This document shows, one piece after another, positions 24,823 through 36,900 of a DNA stretch of 64,000 nucleotides. The notes under the pieces are model-generated. The model was given only the letters and a program-made list of their open reading frames with translations, had not been told where the DNA came from and ran no database searches. The DNA comes from Mobula hypostoma (lineage: Eukaryota): assembly GCF_963921235.1 (NCBI RefSeq), contig NC_086098.1, positions 496,001 through 560,000 on the forward strand, read 5' to 3'. Within the stretch, counting starts at the first letter, position 1, and every line of letters begins with the position of its first letter. The position numbers were made by a program, and so were the translations under genes.

Positions 24823-25004
24823 CTAGTTTAAAGTCACCTCAGTAGCCCCCGCTAATCTCCCTGCCAGGATATTGGTCCCCCGAGGATTTAAGTGTAACCC
24901 GTCCTTTTTGTACAGGTCACACCTGCGCCAAAAGAGGTCCCAATGATCCAAAAACTTGAATCCCTGCCCCCTGCTCCAATCCCTCAGCCACGCATTTATC
25001 CTCC
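24823..25004 (-). pseudogene. CR1 ORF1 C-terminal SGNH-esterase fragment
   Basis: INAWLRDW..FLDHWDLF..YKKDGLHLNPRG. Confidence 0.85.
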
Positions 25005-25201
25005 TTTTTACATATCTATAAAAGCTTTTACAGTCCGTTTTTATGTTCTCTGCCAGTTTTCTCTCATAATCTTTTTTCCCCTTCCTAATTAAGCCCTTTG
25101 TCCTCCTCTGCTGAACTCTGAATTTCTCCCAGTCCTCAGGTGAGCCACTTTCTCTGGCTAATTTGTATGCTACTTCTTTGGAATTGATACTATCCCTAAT
25201 T

Positions 25202-27387
25202 TTATGAGGGAGGAAAACGCCAAAGTTCAATGGAACAATACCCTAGCAGGGATGACAGTGAAACAGCAAAAGCAAGTGTTTCTGGGAATAATGCGGAAGG
25301 TGCAGGATCAGTTAATTCCAAAGAGGAAGAAAGATCCTAAGGGGAGTAAGGGGAGGCCTTGGCTGAGAAGGGAAGTAATGGACAATATAAAAATAAAAGA
25401 GAATAAGTATAACATAGCAAAGGCAAGTGGGAAGCCGGAGGACTGGGAAACTTTTAAAGAGCAACAGAAGGTAACTAAAAAGGCAATATGCGGAGAAAAA
25501 ATGAGTTACGAAAGTAATCTAGCCAAGAATATAAAGGAGTATAGTAAAAGCTTCTTTAGGTATGTGAAAAGGATAAAAATAGTTAAGATCAAAATTGGGC
25601 CCTTGAAGACAGAAACGGGTGAATTTATTATGGGGAACAAGGAAATGGCAGATGAGTTGAACAGGTACTTTGGATTTGTCTTCACTAGGGAAGACACAAA
25701 CAATCTCCCACATATAATAGTGGCCAAAGGACCTAGGGTAATGGATGAACTGAAGGAAATTTATATTAGGCAGGAAATGGTGTTGGATAGACTGTTGGGT
25801 CTGAAGGCTGATAAGTCCCTGGGACCTGATGGTCTGCATCCCAGGGTACTTAAGGAGGTGGCTTTAGAAATTGTGGACGCTTTGGTAATCATTTTCCAAT
25901 GTTCTATAGATTCAGGATCAGTTCCTGTGGATTGGAGGGTGGCTAATGTTGTCCCTCTCTTCAAGAAGGGAGGAAGTGAGAAAATGGAATTATAGACCGG
26001 TTAGCCTAATGTCGGTGGTGGGAAAGATGCTGGAGTCAATTATAAAAGATGAAATTACGACACATCTGGATGGCAGTAACAGGATAAGTCCGAGTCAGCA
26101 TGGGTTTACGAAGGGGAAATCGTGCTTGATTAATCTTCTGGAATTTTTTGAGGATGTAACTATGAAAATGGACAAGGGAGAGCCAGTGGATGTAGTGCAG
26201 CTGGACTTTCAGAAAGCCTTTGATAAAGTCCCATATAGGAGATTAGTGGGCAAAATTAGGGCACATGGTATTGTGGGCAGAGTACTGACATGGATTGAAA
26301 ATTGGCTGGCTGACAGAAAACAAAGTAGCGATTAACGGGTCCTTTTCGGAATGGCAGACAGTGACCAGTGGGGTACCGCAGGGTTCAGTGTTGGGACCAC
26401 AGCTGTTTACAATATATATTAATGATTTAGATGAGGGAATTAAAAGTAACATTAGCAAATTTGCCGATGACACAAAGCTGGGTGGCAGTGTGAAATGTGA
26501 GGAGGATGTTATGAGAATGCAGGGTGACTTGGACAGGCTGGGTGAGTGGGCAGATGCATGGCAGATGCAGTTTAATGTAGATAAATGTGAGGTTATCTAC
26601 TTTGGTGGGAAGAACAGGAAGGCAGCTTATTATCTAAATGGAGTCAAGTTAGGAAAAGGGGAAGTACAATGAGATCTAGGTGTTCTTGTACATCAGTCAC
26701 TGAAAGCAAGCATGCAAGTACAGCAGGCAGTGAAGAATGCTAATAGCATGCTGGCCTTCATAACAAGGGGAATTGAGTATAAGAGCAAAGAGGTCCTTCT
26801 GCAGCCGTACAGGGCCCTGGTGAGACCACACCTGGAGTACTGTGTGCAGTTTTGGTCTCCAGATTTGAGGAAGGACATTCTTGCTATTGAGGGAGTGCAG
26901 CGTAGGTTCACAAGGTTAATTCCCGGGATGGCGAGACTGTCATATGTTGAAAGGTTGGAGCAACTGGGCTTGTAAACACTGGAATGTAGAAGGATGAGAG
27001 GGGATCTGATTGAAACATATAGGATTATTAAGGGATTGGACATGCTGGAGGCAGGAAGCATGTTCCCACTGATGGGTGAGTCCAGAACCAGAGGCCACAG
27101 TTTAAGAATAAGGGATAGGCCATTTAGAACGGAGTTGAGGAAAAACTTCTTCACCCGGAAAGTAGTGGATATGTGAGAATGCTCTGCCCCAGAAGGCAGT
27201 GGATGCCAAGTCTCTGGATGCTTTCAAGAAAGAGATGGATAGAGCTCTTAAAGATAGCAGAATCAAAGGTTATGGGGATAAGGCAGGAACTGGATACTGA
27301 TTGTGGATGATCAGCCATGATCATAGTGAATGGGAGTGCTGGCTCGAAGGGCCAAATGGCCTACTCCTGCACCTATTGTTTATTGTC
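25202..27387 (+). mobile_element. CR1 LINE ORF2 remnant with CTATTGT tail; its upstream piece is at about 21633-21721
   Basis: RT ORF fragments 25204-27176; tail cctattgtttattgtc. Confidence 0.9.
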
Positions 27388-27675
27388 TGTCGTCATCCCT
27401 TTTTAATGATTTAATATTATTTCTATTACTCAGGGCCACATCATCCTCTCTGCCTACTAACCTATCTTTCCAATACACTATATATCCTTGGATGTTCAGC
27501 TCCCAATAGCAGTCATCCTTTAACCAAGTTTCAGAGATGGCCATAGAATCATACTTGCCAATCTGTAGATGAATTTCAAGATCATCCATTTTATTTCTTA
27601 TGCTGCGTGCATTTAATACAACAGTTTCAGTCCAGGATTTGTTGCTTTCTGTTTTACCTGCACCACACCTCTATT
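27388..27675 (-). mobile_element. Inverted CR1 endonuclease segment
   Basis: ISETWLKD..IKSLKRDD on minus; the reading continues on plus at 28997. Confidence 0.75.
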
Positions 27676-28996
27676 TATCAGCATTTGGAGAGGCATAATA
27701 TGATTAGGAATAGTCAACATGGCTTTGTCAAAGGCAGGTTATGCCTCACAAGCCTGATTCAATTTTTTTGAGGATGTAACTAAACACATTGATGGAGGTG
27801 GTGCAGCAGATGTAGTGTATATGAATTTCAGCAAGGCATTTAATAAGTTACCCCATGCAAGGCTTATTGAGAAAGTAAGGAGGCATGGGATCCAAGGGGA
27901 CATTGCTTTGTGGATCCAGAGTTGGCTTGCCCACAGAAGACAAAGAGTGGTTGTAGATGGGTCATATTCTGCATGGAGGTCGGTGACCAGTGGTGTGCCT
28001 CAGGGATCTGTTCTGGGACCCCTTCTCTTTGTGATTTTTATGAATGACCTGGATGAGGAAGTGAAGGGATGGGTTAGTAAATTTGCTGATGACACAAAGG
28101 TTGGTGGTGTTGTGGATAGTAAGGAGGGCTGTTAGAGGTTACAGTGGGACACTAATAGGATGCAAAATTGGACTGAGAAGTGGCAGATAGAGTTCTACCC
28201 AGATAAGTGTGAGGTGGTTCATTTTGGTAGGTCAAATATGATGGAAGAATATAGTATTAATAGTAAGACTCTTGGCAGTGTGGAGGATCAGAGGGATCTT
28301 GGGGTCCGAGCCCATAGGACACTAAAAGCTGCTGCGCAGGTTGACTCTGTAGTTAAGAAAGCATACGGTGCATTGGCTTTCATCAATCATGGGATTGAGT
28401 TTAAGAGCCGAGAGGTAATGTTGTAGCTATATAGGACCCTGGTCAGATCTCACTTGGGAGTACTGCGCTCATTTCTAGTTGCCTCACTAGGAAGGATGTG
28501 GAAACTATAGAAAGGGTTCAGAGGAGATTTACAAGGATGTTGCCTGGATTGGGGAGCAGGCCTTATAAAAACAGGTTGAGTGAACTCGGCCTTTTCTCCT
28601 TGGAGCGACGGAGGATGTGAAGTGACCTGAGATAGAGGTGTACAAGATGATGAGAGGCATTGATCATGTGGATAGTCAGAGGCTTTTTCTTAGGGCTGAA
28701 ATGGCTAACACGAGAGAGCACAGTTTTAAGGTGCTTGGATGTAGGTGCAGAGGAGATGACAGGGGTAAGTTTTTTATGCAGAGAATGGTGATTGCATGGA
28801 ATGGGCTGCCGGCAACATTGGTGGGAGTGAATACAATGGGGTCTTTTCAGAGACTCCTGGATAGGTTTATGGAGCTTAAAGAAATAGAGGTTATGGGTAA
28901 CCCCAGATAATTTCTAAATTAAGTACATGTTCAGTACAGCATTGTGGGCCAAAGGGACTGTATTGTGTTGTAGGTTTTCTTCGTTTCTATGTTTCT
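27676..28996 (+). mobile_element. 5'-truncated CR1
   Basis: RT motifs [12 protein letters not shown]; tail tttctatgtttct. Confidence 0.88.
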
Positions 28997-29513
28997 AAAG
29001 AGATGACATAGGGTTGGAAGGTGTCGAATCATTATGGATAGAGCTAAGGATTTTCCAAAGAAGTAAGGAGAAGTATAATCCTGTAAATTATAATAGGAGA
29101 TAGAAAATGCATGTGAAAAGGACAACGTTACAATAGGTGGAATTTCAATAAGCAATTAGACTGGGAATATCAGGTTGTTGCTGAATTCCAAGAGGTGGAA
29201 TTCCTAGAAAGCGTATGAGATTTTTTTTTAGAGCAACTCGTGGTGAGGCCACTAGGGGATTAGGTATTCTGGATCGGGTATTGTGTAATGAAGTGGAATT
29301 GATAACAGAGCTTAAAGTAGAGAACCCTTTGGAGAAACTGATCATAAAATTATCAAATTCACCATGAAATTTGAGAACAAGAAGCCAAAGTCAGGTGTAT
29401 CAGTATTAAGAGTGAAGTAAAGGGAGTTACAGAGGCATGAGAGAAGAGTTGGCCAGAATTCAATGGAAACGAATACTCGCAGGGATGACAGCAGAGCAGC
29501 AATGGCTGGAATT

Positions 29514-31595
29514 GTGTGTGAATTGGGATGATGTTTTTGCAGGGAAATGTACTATGGACATGTGGTCGATGTTTAGGGAACTCTTGCAGGATGTTAGGGA
29601 TAAATTTGTCCCGAAAAGGAAGATAAAGAATGGTAGGGTGAAGGAACCGTGGGTGACAAGTGAGGTGGAAAATCTAGTCAGGTGGAAGAAGGCAGCATAC
29701 ATGAGGTTTAGGAAGCAAGGATCAGATGGGTCTATTGAGGAATACAGGGTAGCAAGGAAAGAGCTTAAGGGGCTGAGGAGAGCAAGAAAGGGGCATGAGA
29801 AGGCTTTGGCGAGTAGGGTAAAGGAAAACCCCAAGACATTCTTCAATTATGTGAAGAACAAAAGGATGACAAGAGTGAAGGTAGGACCGATTAGAGATAA
29901 AGGTGGGAAGATGTGCCTGGAGGCTGTGGAAGTGAATGAAGTCCTCAATGAATACTTCTCTTTGGTATTCACCAATGAGAGGGAACTTGATGATAGTGAG
30001 GACAATATGAGTGAGGTTGATGTTCTGGAGCATGTTGATATTAAGGGATAGGAGGTGTTGGAGTTGTTAAAATTCATTAGGATGGATAAGTCCCTGGGTC
30101 CTGACGGAATATTCCCCAGGCTGCTCCACGAGGCGAGAGAAGAGATTACTGAGCTTCTGGCTAGGATCTTTAAGTCCTCGTTGTCCACAGGAATGGTACC
30201 GGAGGATTGGAGGGAGGCGAATGTTGTCCCCTTGTTCAAAAAAGGTAGTAGGGATAGTCTGGGTAATTATAGACCAGTGAGCCTTATGTCTGTGGTGGGA
30301 AAGCTGTTGGAAAAAATTCTTAGAGGTAGGATCTTTGGGGATTTAGAGAATCATGGTCTGATCAGGGACAGTTAGCATGGTTCTTTGAAGGGCAGATCAT
30401 GTCTAACAAGCCTGATAGAGTTCTTTGAGGAGGTGACCACACATATGGATGAGGGTAGTGCAGTGGATGTGATCTACGTGGATTTTAGTAAGGCATTTGT
30501 TCCATACGGTAGGCTTATTCAGAAAGTCAGAAAGCATGGGATCCAGGGAAGTTTGGCCAGGTGGATTCAGAATTGGCTTGCCTGCAGAAGGCAGATGTAG
30601 GTAATACATTCGGATTGGTGGGTTGTGAGTAGTGGTGTCCCACAAGGATCTGTTCTGGGACCTCTACTTTTCGTGATTTTTATTAATGACCTGGATGTGG
30701 GGTTAGAAGGGTGGGTTGGCAAGTTTGCAGATGACACAAAGGTTGGTGGTGTTGTAGATAGTGTGGAGGATTGTTGAAGATTGCAGAGAGACATTAATAG
30801 GATGCAGAAGTGGGCTGAGAAGTGGCAGATTGAGTTCAACCCGAAGAAGTGTGAGGTGGCACACTTTGGAAGGAAAAACTCAAAGGCAGAGTACAAAGTA
30901 AATGGCAGGATACTTGGTAGTGTGGAGGAGCAGAGGGATCTGGGGGTACATATCCACAGATCACTGAAAGCTGCCCCAAAGGTAGATAGAGTAGTTAAGA
31001 AAGCTTATGGGGTGTTATCTTTTATAAGTCGAGGGATAGAGTTTAAGTCGTGAGGTAATGATGCAGCTCTATGAAATTCTGGTTCGGCCACACTTGGAGT
31101 ACTGTGTCCAGTTCTGGTCGCCTCACTATAGGAAGGATGTGTAAGCATTGGAAAGGGTACAGAGGAGATTTTCCAGGATGCTGCCTGGTTTAGAGAGTAT
31201 GGATTATGATCAGAGATTAAGGGAGCTAGGGCTTTACTCTTTGGAGCGAAGGAGGATGAGAGGAGACATGATAGAGGTATACAAGATATTAAGAGGGATA
31301 GGTCGAGTGGACAGCCAGCGCCTTTGCCCCAGTGCACCACTGCTCAATACAAGAGGACATGGCTTTAAGGTAAGGGGTGGGAGTTCAAGGGGGGATATGA
31401 GAGGAGGGTTTTTTACTCAGAATGCACTGCCTGAGTCAGTGGTGGAGGCAGTTACACTAGTGAAATTTAAGAGACTACCAGACAGGTATATAGAGGAATT
31501 TAAGGTGGGGGGTTATATGGGAGGCAGGGTTTGAGGGTCAGCACAACATTGTGGGCTGAAGGGCCTGTACTGTGCTGTACTATTCTATGTTCTAT
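29514..31595 (+). mobile_element. 5'-truncated CR1 (same subfamily as 35785-40580)
   Basis: TSD gaatt at 29509-29513 and 31596-31600; tail tattctatgttctat. Confidence 0.9.
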
Positions 31596-31847
31596 GAATT
31601 TCTGGAAGCAATTCAAAGGCACAAGATGTATACATCTCAAAGAGGAAGAAGTATTTTAAAGGCAGGATGAGATACCTGTGGCTAACACTAGAAGTAAAAG
31701 CCAATATAAAATCCAAAGAGAAGGTATATAATCGATCAAAATTAGTGGTAAGTTAGAGAATTGGGAAGGTTTTAACAAGCAATAGAAGGCAACTAAAAAG
31801 AAGGGAGAGAAGAAAGGAAATTATAGGACAATTAGTCTGAACTCAGT

Positions 31848-32157
31848 TATTCAAATATTCAAAGGTACAATTTAATGTCAGAGAAATGTATACAATATAC
31901 ATCCTGAAACACTTTTTGTTGGCAACCATCCACGAAAACAGAGGAGTGCCCCAAAGAATGAATGACAGTTAAATGTTAGAACCCCAAAGTCCCCCCCCAC
32001 AGCTCCCCTCCCTCCCGCGCGTAAGCAGCAGCAAGCGCACCCGCTACCAGCACTCAAGCGTGAGCAAAGCAATAGCAAAGACAGAGTTGCAGTCACCCCA
32101 AAGGCTACATTCACCCGATAATTCGACATGCTGCAGTCTCTCTCTCTCTCTCTCTTC
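31848..32157 (-). mobile_element. 3' part of a non-autonomous retroposon (same family as 43858-44665)
   Basis: Shares ttcaggatgtatattgtatacatttctctgacattaaat and a tttgaa-type tail. Confidence 0.7.
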
Positions 32158-32752
32158 GAATAATGGAGAAAAAGATGACTACCTGGATTTTCAAAAGGCC
32201 TTTGACGAGGCTGCTTAACAAGCTATGAGCCCATTCTAGGAAAGATTCTAGGATGGATAAAGCAGTGGCTGATTGGCAGGAGGCAAGAAGTGGGAGTAAA
32301 GGCAGGCTTTTTTGGTTGGCTGCTGATGACTAGTGTGTTCCACAGTGATCTTTTAACTTTATATTTCAATTATTTGGATGATGGAATTGATGGCTTTCTT
32401 GCAAAATTTGCAGATAATATGAAGACAGGTGGAGGGGCAGGTAGCTTTGAGGAAGTTGAAAGGCTATGTATGGACTTAGATTAGGAGAATGGACCAAGAA
32501 ACAGCAGATGTAATGCAGTGTTGGGACATGTAGGGTCATGCATTTTGGCAGAAGAAATGAAAGGTTGACTACTTTCTAAGTGGAGAGAAAATACAAAAAA
32601 TCAGAGACACAAAAGGACTTGGGAGTCCTTGTATAGGATTCCCTAAAGGTTAGCTTGCAGGTTTAGCCTGTGGTGAGGAAGACTAATGTGATGTTAGCAT
32701 TCATTTTTAGAGGTCTAGAATATAAAAGAAAGGATGTGATGTTGAGACTTTA

Positions 32753-33323
32753 GTTTCCGGTCATTTATACACAAAAAACTAATAATATGAACTGGCGCTT
32801 CGCTTGGTCTTTTTTTAAAATATGAGTAAGAAGTAACTATTTTGTGTTTGTAATTGTTATCTTTTCCTTACATTTATAGTAACTGTTTTTTACTTTTTTG
32901 ACTATGGGCGGTGTTTCTTACGATAAATATATTTCTTTTGGGTTGCCTTCTGGAAAGATGGGGTTAGATTTAGCTGTAGATTTAGCATTGACCACTTTCT
33001 GGCTTTTTTTGGGTTTTTGTGCGGGGTGGTGGTATTTTTGTTCCTATTTTCAATTTAGTTTTTCCGTTTGCTTTTTTTGGGTTTAGTATTTAGTTTAATT
33101 TTTTTTTGTCTTTTTTTTGGAGGGGGTTTCTTTGTATTTTTTTTCTTTATTTCTTTTTTCTCTAAGATTAATTATATTAAGAGTTTGGAAGTCTATTACA
33201 CCTGTTTTATTTGAAATCTTTTTTGTACATGTTTATCAACAATAAGATTATTCCAATCTCTCTGTATCAATATTCTTATTCTGTTTATAATTTTGGAAAA
33301 TTAATAAAAAGATTTAAAAAGAA
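32753..33323 (+). mobile_element. T-rich L1/Tx1-like 3' UTR with A-rich tail
   Basis: Ends ttaataaaaagatttaaaaagaaa; imperfect 9-bp TSD gagacttta/gagtcttta in the CR1 host. Confidence 0.55.
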
Positions 33324-33854
33324 AGAGTCTTTATTAAGCACTGGTGAGACCTCACACGGAGTACTGTGAGTAGTTTTTGGCTTCTTGTCTTAGAAAGGAT
33401 GTGCTGAAACTGGAGAGTGCTCAACAGAGGTTCATGAAACCTCTAGCTCTGGACCTGTATTTACCAGAATTCAAAAGAATGAAGGGTGACCTCATTGAAA
33501 CCAATTGAATTGTGAAAGGCTTGATAGAGTGGATGTGGAGAGAATGTTTCTTATAGTGGGGGAGTTGAGAACCAGATGGTACAGCCTCAGGATAGAGAAG
33601 TGTCCTTTTAAAATGACAATGAGGGGGAATTTCTTTAACCAGAGAGTGGTGAATTTGTGAAATTCTTTGCCACAGATTGCTGTGGAGACCAAGCAGAGGT
33701 TGATAGATTCTTGGTTGGTCAAGGCATGAAGGGATACATGGGAAGGCTAAAGACTGGGGCTGAGAGGAAAATTGGATCTGCCATGATGAAATAGCAGAGC
33801 AGACTTCAAGGGGCAAATGGCCTAATTCTGCTTGTATATCTGATGGTCTTAAAT

Positions 33855-33945
33855 ATCCACTGCTTTTCCCTCTTCATAGATGCTGCCTGACCTGTTAACT
33901 TCCTCCAGCGTTTTGTGTGTTTTCCAGCATCTGTTGAATCTCTTG
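33855..33945 (+). mobile_element. Degenerate PLE pLTR fragment
   Basis: catagatgctgcctgacctg...tccagcatctg resembles 156-230. Confidence 0.6.
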
Positions 33946-36900
33946 TCCTTACAAAACACATTCCTTTTACCTGGAACATTCCCTTTCCTTTTTACTTTTA
34001 ATTTCCTGCAACATTTTATCCTTTTGATAAAATATCTACAGTCCCCCAAATGCTTTTAAGACAAATTCTTCACTTTGTGTGAGAGTTTTTCAAAACAAAG
34101 AATCATGTTCTTGTACTGCAACTGGTAAAATACATCCAGTCTATTTTTGTTTTTATGGTCTTAGCAATTAAAACAAATCAACTATTTACATCACCTTTTC
34201 AGTGGCTTTTCAACTGACCTATGATGAGAAATATAAAGTATTAAAGTTGGAGATATTAGGGTTGTTAGTGATGAGTGAAGCAACAGCATCAATCTTTAAT
34301 GATTCCCCGTCCAGTCAGAACATTCTGTACTTCTTTGTGTTGTAGTGGGATGGCAGTACAGGGCTGTGAATGCACAAGAATCCAGTTCCTTCAGACGATA
34401 CAAGTAAATGTACCAGTGGAAAGTGAAAGAAATACTGAACAATTTCTGCACGGCTCTTCCCCTGTAATAATGCTGAGATGCCCTGTGAGCCTGACCCTTA
34501 GGGTGCTGCTGTCTCCCCTTTGTAACTGATATGCCATTGAGTACACTGAATTGCATCTACTAAGTTTAATATAAATTATCAAACATTACAACATACTATG
34601 GACCCCTCAGCACATGATGTGGTGCTGACCTATTAACCTACTCTAAGATTAATTAGAATCAAAATCAGGTTAATATCTTTGGCATATTTCATGAAATTTG
34701 TTATGCTGTAGCAGCAATACACAATACAAAGTATAACTTACAATAAGAACTGTGAATAAAATGTGTATCCAACCCTTCATGCCTGCATAACGCTCCATTT
34801 TTCTATCATCCATGTTCCTATCTAAGAGTTTCTTAATTATCCTAGCTTATCTGCCTCTACCATCAGCCCATGCATCTACCATTCTCTGTGTAAAGAACTT
34901 ACCTCTGACATCCTCCCAATACTTTCCTCCAATCACCTTAAATTTATGCCTTTTATTCACTCTCTCTCTCTGGCTATCCATCCCATAGGACGATGGTGGT
35001 TCCTTTCAGTCAGTTAGTGGGGTGGTACCCCACTCGTCAGAAGGGAACAGCGTGTGCGTGAGTAGATTTTAGGTGAGTAGGGGGTTGCACAGGTCCAGAC
35101 CCACCCTCTCGACATCCCCTCTCTGATCCAGTGGCATGGTGGGGTCCAAGATGGCTGGGGGAAGTTCTGCTGCAGTGAATGGCCAGACAAAGCTTTGATG
35201 CAAGGGATGCCCTTTCCACGCTTCACAGCACGTGTTTGCTAGATGGCCGTTGACCCTACGAGAGGGTTCATCTGCTCTTTGACAGGTCTTGTTTTTTGTC
35301 CTGCAGGGTGTCTAGCCACCTCCCTCACAGGCAAGCCTGGTGGGGGAGCCGGTTTAGTCGCCGACCACCCGACCATGTGACAGGTAGTACTTAGACGAGT
35401 GACCTGACCATTCACTATTTCCGCCTTGGAAAAAGACTCCGGCTATTTTTACTGTTCACAAGATAGGAGGCCCTCTGTTGGTCATGGGTGACCATAGACA
35501 TTTCATCCTAGCTGTCTATGAAATATGCAAGTCAGGGGAGTACAAAATGGAGAGCTAGTTATTGCCCATGCAGCTGATAATGAAAGGAATGGCAAAGACC
35601 GATACAGTGTGGCACCAGCGGTATCACAGAAGTTTCCAGTCAGTGCTGAGCTCAACATAAGACTGTCTTAGGGACTCCACCTGTGGATTTTTCCTTGGGG
35701 TTTAGGGCATTAGGGTTCTAAGCCTTCACCATGAGTAGGTATAAGATAACACACAATAACTTATGAAGGTAAGGATAAAATCCACATCTGTGGGAGAGAT
35801 CGAGAATCCCGAATGCTCTGTTGCCTCCCTGGTGCTAGGGTCCGCAAAATCTCAAAACGAGTTCTCAGTATTCTCAAGAGGGAGGGTGAGCAGCCAGATA
35901 TAATGGTCCATGTAGGGACCAATGACGTGGATAGGAAGAAGGATGAGGTCCTGCAAAGAGAATTTAGGGGGTTAGGTGCAAAGTTGAAGGACAGGACTGC
36001 CAGGTTTGCAATCTCAGGATTGCTACCCATGCCACGTACTAGTGAGGCTAGAAATAGGAAGATAATGCAGCTAAATACGTGGCTAAGGAGTTGGTGCAGG
36101 AGGGAGGGCTTCATGCTTCTGGACAATTGGGCCTTGTTCCAGGGACGGTGAGACCTTTTCTGATGGGACGGGTTGCACCTGAACTGGAGGGGGACTAAGA
36201 TCCTTGCAGGAAAGTTTGCTAGTGCTGCTCTGGGGGGTTTAAACTAAATTTGCAGGGGGAGGGGAACCAGAGTGTTAGAGCAGATAGTGAGGTGGAGGAG
36301 GATAAAGGTCATGTGAGAACAGCAAGTATAGTACATGGAGTAAAGCCAGATCTAACATATAAAGAGGCTTTGAGGAAAGAGAAACAGAACAAAGGGTGTA
36401 AAGGTAGTAAGGTAGAAGGGCTAAGGTGCGTGTACTTCAATACAAGAAGCATCAGGAACAAAGGTGATGAACTGAGAGCTTGGATACACACATGGAATTA
36501 TGATGTAGTGGCCATTACAGAGACTTGGCTGGCACCAGAGGAGGAATAGATTCTCAATATTCCTGGATTTCAGTGCTTCAAAAGGGATGGGGGGGGGAAG
36601 GGGAGGAGGAGTGGAATTACTGGTCAGGGATACCATTTCAGCTACAGAAAGGATGTGTAATGTAGCAGGATCCTCTTTTGAGTCTGTATGGGTGGAACAC
36701 TATTGGGAGTATTCTATAGGCCCCCTGGTAGCAGCAGAGATACCGAGGAGCAGATTGGGAGGCAGTTTTTGGAAAGGTGCAAAAATGACAGGGTTGTTAT
36801 CATGGGTGACTTTAACTTCCCTAATGTTGATTGGAACCTGATTAGTTCCAATGGTTTAGACGGGGCAGAGATTGTTAAGTGTGTCCAGGGCAGATTCCTG

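Larger units (their letters stand above)
21722..25201 (-). mobile_element. Young CR1 LINE, 5'-truncated in ORF1
   Basis: (TTTCTATG)n tail at 21722-21742; intact ORF2; inserted into a plus-strand CR1 at ggtgttat|ttatgagggagg. Confidence 0.95.
28997..33850 (+). mobile_element. Old fragmented CR1 hosting insertions at 29514-31595, 31848-32157 and 32753-33323
   Basis: EN-linker, RT and 3' UTR remnants rejoin across the insertions. Confidence 0.75.
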
